This document shows, piece after piece, positions 19,575 to 29,050 of a stretch of 64,000 nt of DNA. A program made the translations under genes and the position numbers. Numbering within the stretch: the stretch's first letter is position 1; each line of letters begins with the position of its first letter. The notes under the pieces were generated by a model. That model ran no database searches. It was not told where the DNA came from and saw only the letters and a list, made by a program, of their open reading frames with translations. This stretch comes from Amazonocrinis nigriterrae CENA67 (GTDB lineage Bacteria; Cyanobacteriota; Cyanobacteriia; Cyanobacteriales; Nostocaceae), in contig NZ_JAECZC010000086.1 in the NCBI RefSeq assembly GCF_016056305.1, forward strand, positions 66,945 to 130,944, read 5' to 3'.

Positions 19575-20267
19575 ATGCTATTTCAAGACCGAACAGCGGC
19601 AGGTCAATTTTTGGCTGGAGAGTTAGCAAATTATGCCAACCTTCCAGATGTGGTGGTGTTAGCTTTGCCTAGAGGTGGTGTACCCGTTGCCTTTGAAGTT
19701 GCTAAAGCATTAAATGCTACCTTAGATGTGCTTGTGGTTCGCAAATTGGGCGTACCTAACGATCAAGAATTAGCAATGGGAGCGATCGCGCCATTGGGTG
19801 TACTAGTACTCAATCAAGATATTGTAAATCAACTCAATATCTCCGATGAAGTAATCACGCGAGTTGCAGAGCGAGAACGACAGGAACTAGAGCGACGGGA
19901 ACGACTTTATCGAGGCGATCGCCCCATTTTGGAGTTGCGGGGACGGACAGTCATCTTGGTAGATGATGGTTTAGCAACAGGTGCAACCATGTGGGCTGCT
20001 GTGGTGGCGTTACGTAAACAAGAACCTGCTTCTATTGTTGTGGCTGTCCCAGTGGCTGCGACTGAAACCTACGAAGATTTGCAAGGTAAGGTAGAAAAAG
20101 TTATCTGCTGTGCCACACCCAAGCCTTTTTATAGTGTAGGTGGTTGGTACGAAAAATTTCCACAAACCACAGATGAAGAAGTTTGTAATCTACTAGAAAA
20201 AGCAACAAAGATTTACGAGTTACACATGGTAGAGAAATCAAAACTTGGGGCTGGGTATGGGGCATAG
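19575..20267 (+). CDS. phosphoribosyltransferase family protein
   Basis: 230 aa; PRPP-binding loop VILVDDGLATGATM preceded by hydrophobic beta-strand; N-terminus LALPRGGVPVA. Confidence 0.75.
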   Translation: MLFQDRTAAGQFLAGELANYANLPDVVVLALPRGGVPVAFEVAKALNATLDVLVVRKLGVPNDQELAMGAIAPLGVLVLNQDIVNQLNISDEVITRVAERERQELERRERLYRGDRPILELRGRTVILVDDGLATGATMWAAVVALRKQEPASIVVAVPVAATETYEDLQGKVEKVICCATPKPFYSVGGWYEKFPQTTDEEVCNLLEKATKIYELHMVEKSKLGAGYGA

Positions 20268-20502
20268 GGGAGTGAAAAATCAATACCTCATGCCCTCGAA
20301 CTCAACAAAAATTTAGCTGCGTAAGTCCAGAGATTGATTAGCCATTCTTGACTTCTAATACCAATTTTAAAAATGATTGTGACAGATTTATTGATAAAAC
20401 CCGGATACATAAGGTGATTCACAATCTAAAATCTAAAATTTAAAATCCAAAATCCAAAATAGTATAGGTTCTGTACTTTAACCTGTTGAGCAAATAATAA
20501 CT

Positions 20503-20721
20503 ATGAATCTGCAAATTTATGAATTGAAACAAACCGCATCCCAATTGTTAGCAGCTATGCTATCTAATCCTCATATTTATTCACAGGTGAGTGATGAGGG
20601 AGGCTATGGAAAAATGGAACAGCAATTGATTTTGATTGCTGTTGAAATGGCCGAAAGTTTAATTCAGCATATTGAAAATGCACACCCTCAAGGTGAACCT
20701 GAATTAAACCAAAAGAACTAA
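20503..20721 (+). CDS. hypothetical small protein
   Basis: 72-aa ORF, no motif recognised. Confidence 0.3.
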   Translation: MNLQIYELKQTASQLLAAMLSNPHIYSQVSDEGGYGKMEQQLILIAVEMAESLIQHIENAHPQGEPELNQKN

Positions 20722-20963
20722 TTTGATTATTTGGCGATCGCTGTTGGGAACATTAATATAAGTACGACTGTAAAAGACGACGAAATTTACTGAATATACG
20801 CGATCGCTCTTATCAGAAAACAATTAATATAGAAGCATAACATTTCTGAAAACACCAAGTTGGAAGCATCAGCTTGGCGTAAGATATTGTTAATTTTTAT
20901 AAAAACTATTTAACTACCATACTAGAATTTAGAAAGCAGCAAACTTCCCTAAAATCATCTCTA

Positions 20964-21368
20964 ATGCGACAGTTAAGCATTGAAATCTCAGACGAGCTTG
21001 CCCAACGTCTAGAGCCGTTTCAAAATCAACTTTCTGAACTGGTAACTCGCTTAATAACTACAAACTTGCTTGGTGATACTGCTTCTAATGTTGTCGTTAA
21101 TTCAACACAGCCACCGCCTATTTATTTAGAGGTTTTAGATTTTTTAGTCACTCGCCCCACCTATGAGCAAATTTTAGCATTCAAGGTTTCTGAGCGATCG
21201 CAGGCTCAGTTACAAACATTACTTGAGAAAAACCGCGAGGGTAATCTCAGTTCCTTCGAGACTGCTGAATTAAACTTGTATGAACAACTTGATGCTTTGA
21301 TGACTATGCTGAAAGCCAGAGCCTATTCCGCCATCAAAGCTACCTCGGATAGTTTAAACTTGGCATGA
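20964..21368 (+). CDS. hypothetical protein preceding HNH-endonuclease remnant
   Basis: 134 aa, predicted all-helical; its 3' end overlaps the upstream end of the HNH remnant frame. Confidence 0.4.
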   Translation: MRQLSIEISDELAQRLEPFQNQLSELVTRLITTNLLGDTASNVVVNSTQPPPIYLEVLDFLVTRPTYEQILAFKVSERSQAQLQTLLEKNREGNLSSFETAELNLYEQLDALMTMLKARAYSAIKATSDSLNLA

Positions 21369-21606
21369 CTCCCTATATTGTGAACGAAAAAATTACACCT
21401 TGTTTAATCCGCGATCGCAAAGCTGGACTGATCATTTTAAGCTAGAAGACGGTTATATTGTGGGGTTAACAGCAATCGGACGAACAACTATCTTTTTGTT
21501 AAAGTTGAATGATTTAACTCGCGTTCAAATCCGGCAAGCTTTAATCATGCAAAACCTTTACCCACAAAATATTCTACACTTAGGGGTCTTTGACGAAATT
21601 TACTGA
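21358..21606 (+). pseudogene. HNH endonuclease, C-terminal remnant lacking the catalytic HNH half
   Basis: Frame open from 21358 with no ATG; TTG at 21400. Encodes ...LFNPRSQSWTDHFKLEDGYIVGLTAIGRTTIFLLKLNDLTRVQIRQ.... This matches the conserved C-terminal half of a cyanobacterial HNH-endonuclease family (FNPR..W..HF....G.I.G.T.IGR.T...L.LN......R). The N-terminal Cys/His HNH motif is absent. Confidence 0.45.
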
Positions 21607-23588
21607 CTATCCGCGATCGCTCTTTTTTTCAACCTCCAAGCGTTATATGATTCGTTAAAGCGAGATTCATAGGGTAAAAGTTCCATCGCTTTACTGTAAG
21701 CTTGAAGAATTTCTGTTTCAGGTGCTCTTAACCAATTTAATACTTTTGCAAGATCAAACCAGCACCAAGCATTTCTCACTGGATCATCTGATAACTGAAT
21801 AGCACGACGCAATAATTCTACTGCTTCTCTGTTTAATCGCTTCTTCGTATGTATTTCTTTACTTTTTAATGAGTATGCCAAATTAATTTTAGTTTGAGCA
21901 TATTCTTGAAGTGATTTAGGATCATCTTTTATGAGTTCATAATTTGCAGTAAAAATCTGATGAGCTTCCTGGAAACGTTTAGCACGTTTATACAGGACAG
22001 CTAACTCTACTATGTCATCAATTTGTATGGGTGATGGTGCTTGTTCTAGTATTTCTGAAGCTCGTTTTGGCTGTCCTCTATCTAACAGAATCTTTGCAAT
22101 TGCAATAAAAGGCAGATGACGATCCATGATCGTCGGATCAATCTCAGTATCCCTAAAAAGTTTTTCTGCTGTAGAAAACTCTCCTAATGATGTTCTATAC
22201 TCAATAATTTGAGCGATAAGTGCTCCAGATTTTGGAACTCTATTAAGTGCTGACTCTAGATTAGAAATTGCTCTTTGACGCTCACCTACAGCCCATAAAT
22301 GAGCACTTTCCCTAATAGCATGAATAACCACATATTGAGGGTGGGCTGGTAATATAACTTGGAAATAACTGCGTGCATCATCAAAATTAAAACTTGGATC
22401 TGGTGAACCGTTTTCCCTCATTTTTCTACGTATCTTAGGAATACCGGTTCCACGAGTTTCGGCTAGGGCTAAATCTTTTAAAAAATCACCAATTCTTCGA
22501 TTTCGGTAAGGGACAGGTGGTATTGTCGCTCCTGGCTGCAAATGTTTTCTTTCAATCCCTTGTACTGGCCCAGGGTAACTTATGATTTCCAATCTGTCTG
22601 GATACAAATACACCTTGACTGGTTCTTGAACGCCTTCGTAGCTACGATGATAAACAGCATTAACTAATGCTTCCTCCATTGCTTCATATGGATATGCAAC
22701 TGTTCTATAGGAGGTAGCTTGATTTGGAACTTTCCGAATCATTGTTGTACTGAATGTATTAAGATAATCCAGAGCTTGACGAAGCTGTAAATGTAAAGGC
22801 CCTCGGAAAATTTTCTCCTCTATTAAGTCTCCACCTGCATCATCGCCAAATTGTACAATCTCAATTCTCGCACCAGGAAAATATTCTTCTGGATTATGAA
22901 CAAAGAATAATAGAGCTATATTTTTGGGAACTTCATGGCTATTAATTGGTGCTGTAATACGTAGATGGCGATATAGTTCATGATCTGATATTACAACATT
23001 TTGTGAAACTAAGTCACTTTTTATATCTGACAAAAATTCTCTAACTAGTCCTGGTGATATTTTGTCAATAGAAATAGACAAGTTGCGACGATCATCAAAT
23101 GGAACTTTGGCTGCCATTTGCATCAATTGAGTTAAAATGTCATCTTTTGCTTTTACAGATTCACTTCCTTGTCTAACATAATAAAATTTTTCGCTATTGT
23201 TCGTAGTTTCAGGAGCTTGATATGGACGAACATCACCAGCAGGTATCCAAATTACTAAGATTTGCTTTTCTTGATATATTTCAGGAGATAATACTGGCTG
23301 ATATTCAGGAGAAATTCGTTTACAATTTCCACGAATCCATTTCTGAATATCATCTAGATTTTGTCCGTCTAGTCCGTGTGGAGGAAGAATAGGCTGACCA
23401 TCTCGGTCTTCAATTCCGATAATTATATAACCACCATTTAGATTAAAAAAATCATTAGCAAAGGCACAAATACTGCGTAGTGTGCTGTCACTTATTTGCG
23501 GTGTCCAAGTTTTCTTGAATTCTCTACGGACGGATTCGACTGACCGAGCGTGAATAAGATCGTCAAGGTTGATAGGCAGTACATTCAT
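21600..23588 (-). CDS. AlbA_2 (Schlafen-like) + HATPase_c_4 + C-terminal TPR-like protein
   Basis: 662 aa. N-terminal E..EFK...ICAFAN....GGYIIIGIED.DG is the AlbA_2 (divergent AAA) signature. Central EEALVNAVYHRSY......VYLYPDRLEIISYPGP is HATPase_c_4 (RecG-C-terminal-like). The C-terminal about 250 aa has TPR-like helical repeats. AT-rich codon usage relative to neighbours. Confidence 0.75.
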   Translation of the reverse strand: MNVLPINLDDLIHARSVESVRREFKKTWTPQISDSTLRSICAFANDFFNLNGGYIIIGIEDRDGQPILPPHGLDGQNLDDIQKWIRGNCKRISPEYQPVLSPEIYQEKQILVIWIPAGDVRPYQAPETTNNSEKFYYVRQGSESVKAKDDILTQLMQMAAKVPFDDRRNLSISIDKISPGLVREFLSDIKSDLVSQNVVISDHELYRHLRITAPINSHEVPKNIALLFFVHNPEEYFPGARIEIVQFGDDAGGDLIEEKIFRGPLHLQLRQALDYLNTFSTTMIRKVPNQATSYRTVAYPYEAMEEALVNAVYHRSYEGVQEPVKVYLYPDRLEIISYPGPVQGIERKHLQPGATIPPVPYRNRRIGDFLKDLALAETRGTGIPKIRRKMRENGSPDPSFNFDDARSYFQVILPAHPQYVVIHAIRESAHLWAVGERQRAISNLESALNRVPKSGALIAQIIEYRTSLGEFSTAEKLFRDTEIDPTIMDRHLPFIAIAKILLDRGQPKRASEILEQAPSPIQIDDIVELAVLYKRAKRFQEAHQIFTANYELIKDDPKSLQEYAQTKINLAYSLKSKEIHTKKRLNREAVELLRRAIQLSDDPVRNAWCWFDLAKVLNWLRAPETEILQAYSKAMELLPYESRFNESYNAWRLKKRAIADSQ

Positions 23589-23797
23589 AATCAGTCCATA
23601 TTCACTCTAGTTTGATGTGATGTCACAGCCTGAATTTAAGTTATGGTGTTATGTGCTACAACTTATAACTTCCTCCTTCGCTGATTACCTCAGCTTTGAA
23701 GATTAAGCTGGCTTTTCACAGCATCTGGAAAAAGTAATTTTGCTAGCTAAGCAATCACATCATTTTAGTTGTTTGCCAAACTTTTACTTTAAAGAAA

Positions 23798-23870
23798 TGG
23801 AGCTAAGCGGATTCGAACCGCTGACCCCCTCAATGCCATTGAGGTGCTCTACCAACTGAGCTATAACCCC
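23798..23870 (-). tRNA. tRNA-Ala (anticodon GGC)
   Basis: Reverse complement folds as a canonical cloverleaf. Acceptor GGGGUUA/UAGCUCC has the G3:U70 Ala identity pair and discriminator A73. D-arm GCUC-AGUUGGUA-GAGC. Anticodon stem CCUCA/UGAGG with loop AUGGCAU (GGC). T-arm AGCGG-UUCGAAU-CCGCU. CCA is not encoded. Confidence 0.9.
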
Positions 23871-23963
23871 GCATAGTGCATTATTTATGTTGCCCCAATT
23901 TTAGTATTTTGTCAACTTTGACGCTGCTGAATGTCACCAATCGCATTTACTACTCAGCACCAA

Positions 23964-24155
23964 TTAAGAAACCTGCAACAAATAGCTCATGCAATGCCCC
24001 ATGAGAAAGTAAACTACTAACATGGCAGCTGCGGCAAGAGCAACCAATGTACCAGCCAGCATTAAAGAAAATTCTTTATTGGCGTATGCTTTTTCCATCA
24101 GGTGCAGCGACCACGCCACCAAAGCAACATCAAATAATAATATAGGTATCAACAT
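23964..24155 (-). CDS. hypothetical small two-TM membrane protein
   Basis: 63-aa hydrophobic ORF. Confidence 0.3.
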   Translation of the reverse strand: MLIPILLFDVALVAWSLHLMEKAYANKEFSLMLAGTLVALAAAAMLVVYFLMGHCMSYLLQVS

Positions 24156-24260
24156 ATTTCTTAATATATATTAATAGTTGTACATTAATGTTAACATCCT
24201 TTCTTGCAACTGTATCTAACTTTGGGTAGATGTGGTTATTTTTCAATAATGTTTATCAAG

Positions 24261-25034
24261 TTAAGATAATAACCTTACTGGCACTGAGCGATCGCGCAAA
24301 TACTCTTTAATTTCTGCCACGCTTAACTGGCCATAATGCAGCAATGATGCTAGTAATGCAGCTTCGGCTTTGCCTTCGGTGAGTGCAGTGTAAATGTGTT
24401 CACAATTGCCTGCGCCACCAGAAGCAATTACTGGAATTTGTACAGATTCTGCGATCGCTCTCGTCAACCCTAAGTCGTACCCGGCTTGAGTGCCGTCAGC
24501 GTCCATACTTGTAACTAATAATTCACCTGCTCCTCGTTTTTCAACTTCTTGGGCCCAAAGTAAAGCATCTAAACCAGTGTTTTCTCGACCACCACGTACG
24601 TAAACATCCCACCCTGGATTAATAGGGTCAGTTCTGCGCCTGGCATCAATAGCAACAACTATGCACTGATTACCAAAGCGATCGCTTGCCCGATTAATCA
24701 AGTCTGGTTCGCGTACTGCCGCAGAATTAATACTAACCTTGTCTGCCCCAGCGCGTAACAAAGCTTTAACATTTTCTAAGGATTGAATCCCACCACCTAC
24801 AGTCAGTGGAATAAAGACCTGTTCAGCAGTGCGGTAAACCACATCAAGAATTATATCTCGGTCTTCATGAGTGGCTGTAATATCCAGAAATACTAACTCA
24901 TCAGCCCCAGCTTCGTTGTAAACCTTTGCCAGTTCCACAGGATCGCCTGCGTCTTTGAGATTAACAAAGTTAACTCCTTTGACAACTCGTCCCGCCTTCA
25001 CATCTAAGCAGGGTAAAATTCTTTTAGATAACAT
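24261..25034 (-). CDS. hisF: imidazole glycerol phosphate synthase cyclase subunit HisF
   Basis: 257 aa; RI.PCLDV..GRVVKGV.F....[10 protein letters not shown]...GADEL.FLDI...GGG...TSMD. canonical HisF. Confidence 0.95.
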   Translation of the reverse strand: MLSKRILPCLDVKAGRVVKGVNFVNLKDAGDPVELAKVYNEAGADELVFLDITATHEDRDIILDVVYRTAEQVFIPLTVGGGIQSLENVKALLRAGADKVSINSAAVREPDLINRASDRFGNQCIVVAIDARRRTDPINPGWDVYVRGGRENTGLDALLWAQEVEKRGAGELLVTSMDADGTQAGYDLGLTRAIAESVQIPVIASGGAGNCEHIYTALTEGKAEAALLASLLHYGQLSVAEIKEYLRDRSVPVRLLS

Positions 25035-25187
25035 AATAAGTTTTTAGCTCTTGGGTAATTGTCCGGAAATTAAATTTTAAATTGACGCGTGTATTTCCCA
25101 ACGAAAAATCTTCGCAACCGTATTGAGTCGCAATTGCGGCGCAAACGGCGCTCAAATAGTCCTAAAGTGGAAGTCAATAGCTGAATT

Positions 25188-26285
25188 ATGGCGATTATCT
25201 CCTCGAAAAAACAGCCTCCAGAACCCAATGGAGAACCAAAGCAGCGCCGGGAGTCGGCGAAAGCACCGTCCAACGAAAATATTTTGCAACCTGAAGCAGC
25301 TATTGATGAAGGTAAGCAAGAAGAGAGTATACGACCACAGCGATTTGCCGATTACATTGGGCAAAAAGACCTCAAGGATGTGCTGGATATTGCCATCAAA
25401 GCAGCCAAGTCTCGCGGTGAAGTCCTGGATCATTTACTGCTGTATGGCCCGCCAGGTTTGGGTAAAACCACAATGGCGATGATATTAGCATCGGAGATGG
25501 GGGTAAATTATAAAATTACCAGTGCGCCAGCCTTAGAACGTCCCAGAGATATTGCCGGGCTACTAGTGAACCTCAAACCTGGTGATATTCTGTTTGTGGA
25601 TGAAATTCATCGCTTGTCACGGATGACAGAAGAAATTCTCTATCCAGCAATGGAAGATTATCGCTTAGATATAACCATCGGCAAGGGTACAAGCAGCCGT
25701 ATCAGAAGTGTACCTTTGTCTAAATTTACACTAGTAGGAGCGACAACTCGTGTCGGTGCCTTGACTTCACCACTACGCGATCGCTTTGGCTTAGTGCAAA
25801 AACTGCGCTTTTATGAAGTTGACGAACTCAGCTTAATTGTATTGCGAAGCGCTCAATTATTGCAAACCCCAGTTACAGAGGATGGTGCCACAGAAATTGC
25901 CCGTCGTTCACGAGGCACACCACGTATTGCTAATAGGTTACTCAAGCGAGTACGTGATTATGCGGAAGTAAAATCATCTGGAGAAATTACTGGAAGCGTT
26001 GCAGCCGAAGCATTGCAACTATTTCAAGTAGACCCTTGTGGCTTGGATTGGACAGACCGCAAGATGTTGAGTGTAATTATTGAACAATTTAACGGCGGCC
26101 CTGTGGGATTGGAAACAATAGCAGCGGCGACTGGTGAAGATAGCCAAACTATCGAAGAAGTTTATGAACCTTATTTGATGCAAATTGGGTATTTAAGCCG
26201 GACTCCCCGTGGTAGGGTAGCGACAAAGGCAGCATACAAGCATTTGGATTTTAAGCCGCCTAATGAACAGTTATCGCTGATGTAG
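25188..26285 (+). CDS. ruvB: Holliday junction branch migration helicase RuvB
   Basis: 365 aa; Walker [10 protein letters not shown], Walker B FVDEIHRL, sensor and arginine finger region, winged helix C-terminus. Confidence 0.95.
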   Translation: MAIISSKKQPPEPNGEPKQRRESAKAPSNENILQPEAAIDEGKQEESIRPQRFADYIGQKDLKDVLDIAIKAAKSRGEVLDHLLLYGPPGLGKTTMAMILASEMGVNYKITSAPALERPRDIAGLLVNLKPGDILFVDEIHRLSRMTEEILYPAMEDYRLDITIGKGTSSRIRSVPLSKFTLVGATTRVGALTSPLRDRFGLVQKLRFYEVDELSLIVLRSAQLLQTPVTEDGATEIARRSRGTPRIANRLLKRVRDYAEVKSSGEITGSVAAEALQLFQVDPCGLDWTDRKMLSVIIEQFNGGPVGLETIAAATGEDSQTIEEVYEPYLMQIGYLSRTPRGRVATKAAYKHLDFKPPNEQLSLM

Positions 26286-26299
26286 TGGAGGATGATTAG

Positions 26300-26465
26300 C
26301 TCGTGCAGGGGTGCAGACGAGATAAGGGGATGGGGTGATGGGGAGATAGGGAGATGAGGGGATGGGGAGATGGGGAGAAGTAACTAAATTCCCAATTACC
26401 AATTCCCAATTCCCCATGCCCCATGCCCCATGCCCAATGCCCTATTCCCAATTCCCTATTTTGAC
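26300..26465. repeat. STRR palindrome (GGGGATG/GGGAGAT arrays then CCCCATG/CCCAATT arrays)
   Basis: Direct reading of tandem heptamers in inverted orientation upstream of the TPR gene. Confidence 0.8.
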
Positions 26466-26477
26466 AGGTAAATCCAG

Positions 26478-27284
26478 ATGATTAAGTTGATTGGTATTGT
26501 TCTGAGTCTGTTAGTTGTGTTTGGCTGGGGTACACCAGTCATGGCACAATCTCCACAATCCGGTTTCACTCAAGAGCAATTAGAACAGGGGAATGAGTGG
26601 GCAAATGAGGCGTTTGCAGCCACGAATCAGGGTGATTTTGTCACGGCTGAACAGTACTGGACAAAGATTATTGAGCAATTTCCCACTAATGCCGGAGCAT
26701 GGAGTAACCGAGGAAATTCGCGGGTGAGTCAGAATAAGTTGCAAGCAGCACTGACTGATTACAACAAAGCCATAGAACTAGCGCCAGATGTCACCGATCC
26801 ATATTTGAATCGCGGTACAGCTTTGGAAGGATTGGGGAAATGGGAAGATGCGATCGCAGATTATAATCGCGTCTTAGAACTCGATCCTAATGATGCGATG
26901 GGATACAACAATCGCGGTAATGCGAAAGCAGGTTTGGGAAAATGGGAAGATGCGATCGCTGATTACAAAAAATCAGTAGAAATCGCCCCGAATTTTGCTT
27001 TTGCTCGCGCCAATTATGCCCTTGCCCTTTATGAAACTGGTCAAATCGAGCCAGCCATCCGGGAAATGCGGAATATCGTCCGCAAATATCCCAAGTTTGC
27101 TGACATGCGTGCTGCACTGACAGCTGCTTACTGGGTAACAGGACAAAAAGGCGAAGCCGAGAGTAATTGGGTAGCAGCTTATGGACTTGACACCCGCTAC
27201 AAAGATATCAACTGGGTGCAAAATATCCGCCGTTGGCCTCCTAGTATGGTGGCTGCTTTGGATAAGTTCTTGAAACTTCAGTGA
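26478..27284 (+). CDS. TPR repeat protein (signal peptide)
   Basis: 268 aa; repeated W.NRGN....GKWEDAIADY..(A/V)LEL.P TPR units. Confidence 0.8.
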   Translation: MIKLIGIVLSLLVVFGWGTPVMAQSPQSGFTQEQLEQGNEWANEAFAATNQGDFVTAEQYWTKIIEQFPTNAGAWSNRGNSRVSQNKLQAALTDYNKAIELAPDVTDPYLNRGTALEGLGKWEDAIADYNRVLELDPNDAMGYNNRGNAKAGLGKWEDAIADYKKSVEIAPNFAFARANYALALYETGQIEPAIREMRNIVRKYPKFADMRAALTAAYWVTGQKGEAESNWVAAYGLDTRYKDINWVQNIRRWPPSMVAALDKFLKLQ

Positions 27285-27355
27285 TAGTTCTTTGAGCAGG
27301 GGTGCAGGGGAGCAGGGGAGCAGGGGTGCAGGGGAGAATGACAAATGACAACTGA

Positions 27356-28144
27356 CTACTGACTACTAACTATTTCTTCAATCTTGACAGAATTTAGTTG
27401 TTGAACATTACTCAAAACTACTGCTGCTCCTGCTGTCAATAGTGATTCGCCATAAGTGTGACTACGTACTGGTGTTTCTTGGACATGAGGCGGTAAAACT
27501 CCTACACCTATCCAAGTGCGGTGAGGATTTATCTCTCGTGCCTTGCTTACCGTGTACATATCAGCTACCGTATCTCCCACATAAATGATTGCTGGCGTTT
27601 CATTCAACCCATTTTCTAATTGCTCAACAGTGGCAAAAAGTCCGGTGGGGTCTGGTTTACCTGGTGCATCTTCCATTGCAATCAATACAGGAGACTGCAA
27701 GCCTAGACGTTTTACTAAAACATAGTTAGCAGAACCACGGGTAGCACCGCTGAAAAATCCCCAACCAATGCTAGCTTGTGTTAATTCCTCCAGGTAGGAA
27801 GGCTGTAATAATAACGGTTCATCACAGATATATCCTGTCCAATTATCAGGGTCAGTTCCTCGGTAACGTGATTGAAAGAAAGCAACAATAGAGTTGTAGT
27901 CTAGTTGCAATTGCTCGCGGGACTGTCCTTGAGCATTAAAGTAGCGGTAAATTAATTCTTGGGATGCTTCCCAATCATTATTCCAGACACCTTCGGACTT
28001 TAACTGGTCAATGTCTAACGAGCTAGGACGATATGCTTGATTGGTAAAATACTCTACAGTATCTGCGATCGCTCGGCGATATGAACCGCTGACATCGCGT
28101 ACAACTCCATCAATATCGAAAATAACGATTGCTTTTTGATTCAT
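27356..28144 (-). CDS. HAD-superfamily hydrolase
   Basis: 262 aa; motif I FDIDGVVRDV (DxDG), later YVGDTV.D motif. Confidence 0.7.
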   Translation of the reverse strand: MNQKAIVIFDIDGVVRDVSGSYRRAIADTVEYFTNQAYRPSSLDIDQLKSEGVWNNDWEASQELIYRYFNAQGQSREQLQLDYNSIVAFFQSRYRGTDPDNWTGYICDEPLLLQPSYLEELTQASIGWGFFSGATRGSANYVLVKRLGLQSPVLIAMEDAPGKPDPTGLFATVEQLENGLNETPAIIYVGDTVADMYTVSKAREINPHRTWIGVGVLPPHVQETPVRSHTYGESLLTAGAAVVLSNVQQLNSVKIEEIVSSQ

Positions 28145-28180
28145 GGGAATTGGGAATTGGGAATTGAGAATTGAAAATTT

Positions 28181-28570
28181 TTATTTATTCCTATTGCCTA
28201 TGGATTTGAGATAAGCATTGAGCTTGGGTAATAGTTCATCAAGGATTGGTTTGAATTTGCTTACCTGGTCGTTTGTTAATAATTGTCTGGTGTAGGCTAA
28301 TCTCAACCAACTTATTGTCTCGTACAAAGAACCTCTTGCAATCTTGACAAAACGCCAATTTTCTTGGTCACTACACCGACCTCTGCCTTCGGCTATGTTG
28401 ACACAAATACTATCAGCAGACCGCACAATTTGCTTACCCACCGTATCCCTAGTGAAATTATCCCATTCCTTGACAATGCTCCAAATGCCATTAGCTAGCC
28501 TCTCAGCAAGCTGATAAACTTCCAACTCCTCAAAATCAGGTCTCCTCACAAAACTCCTTACAATCCACAA
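28181..28570 (-). CDS. four-helix-bundle protein (rRNA-IVS-type, TIGR02436-like)
   Basis: 129 aa; ...EVYQLAERLANGIWSIVKEWDNF....GKQIVRSADSI..NIAEG.GR.......F..IARGSL.E. typical of this family. Confidence 0.75.
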   Translation of the reverse strand: MWIVRSFVRRPDFEELEVYQLAERLANGIWSIVKEWDNFTRDTVGKQIVRSADSICVNIAEGRGRCSDQENWRFVKIARGSLYETISWLRLAYTRQLLTNDQVSKFKPILDELLPKLNAYLKSIGNRNK

Positions 28571-28740
28571 ACCCCATACCTAATAATGCCCATTCCCCAT
28601 TCCCAATTCCCCATTCCCCATTCCCCATGCCCCATGCCTCATGACCCATGCCCCATTCCCAACTGCTAAGGTATTGCGTTAAAATAAGCGATCGCAAACA
28701 AACTTAGTAAGTAGTACCCGGATATTTCCCGGAGGTGTGA

Positions 28741-29040
28741 TTGACCAAGTTCATTTTGAAAATTCTCTGGTTAGACGAGAACGTTGCCCTAGCAGTGGAT
28801 CAAGTTGTAGGCAAAGGCACTAGTCCTTTGACTAAGTACTTTTTCTGGCCCAGAAATGATGCCTGGGAAGAGTTAAAAAAAGAACTAGAGTCCAAACACT
28901 GGATTACTGATATAGACCGTGTGGAGTTGCTGAATAAAGCAACCGAAGTAATTAACTACTGGCAAGAAGAAGGCAGAAACCGCCCGATGGCAGAAGCTCA
29001 ATTGAAATTTCCAGAAGTTGCCTTCACTGGTAGCGCTTGA
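28741..29040 (+). CDS. plastid-specific 30S ribosomal protein 3 homologue (PSRP-3/Ycf65)
   Basis: 99 aa; [21 protein letters not shown]...[27 protein letters not shown]...[16 protein letters not shown] matches the Ycf65/PSRP-3 family. Confidence 0.75.
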   Translation: MTKFILKILWLDENVALAVDQVVGKGTSPLTKYFFWPRNDAWEELKKELESKHWITDIDRVELLNKATEVINYWQEEGRNRPMAEAQLKFPEVAFTGSA

Positions 29041-29050
29041 TATTTTACAA

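Noticed and set aside
23590-23800. Direct repeat of the tRNA-Ala 3' end (attL/attR) that would delimit an integrated island
   Set aside because: I could not find a second copy of any 15 nt or longer segment of the tRNA 3' half (e.g. GGTTCGAATCCGCTTAGCTCCA) between 20.2 and 23.8 kb. Island status is therefore inferred only from composition and gene content, not from att sites.
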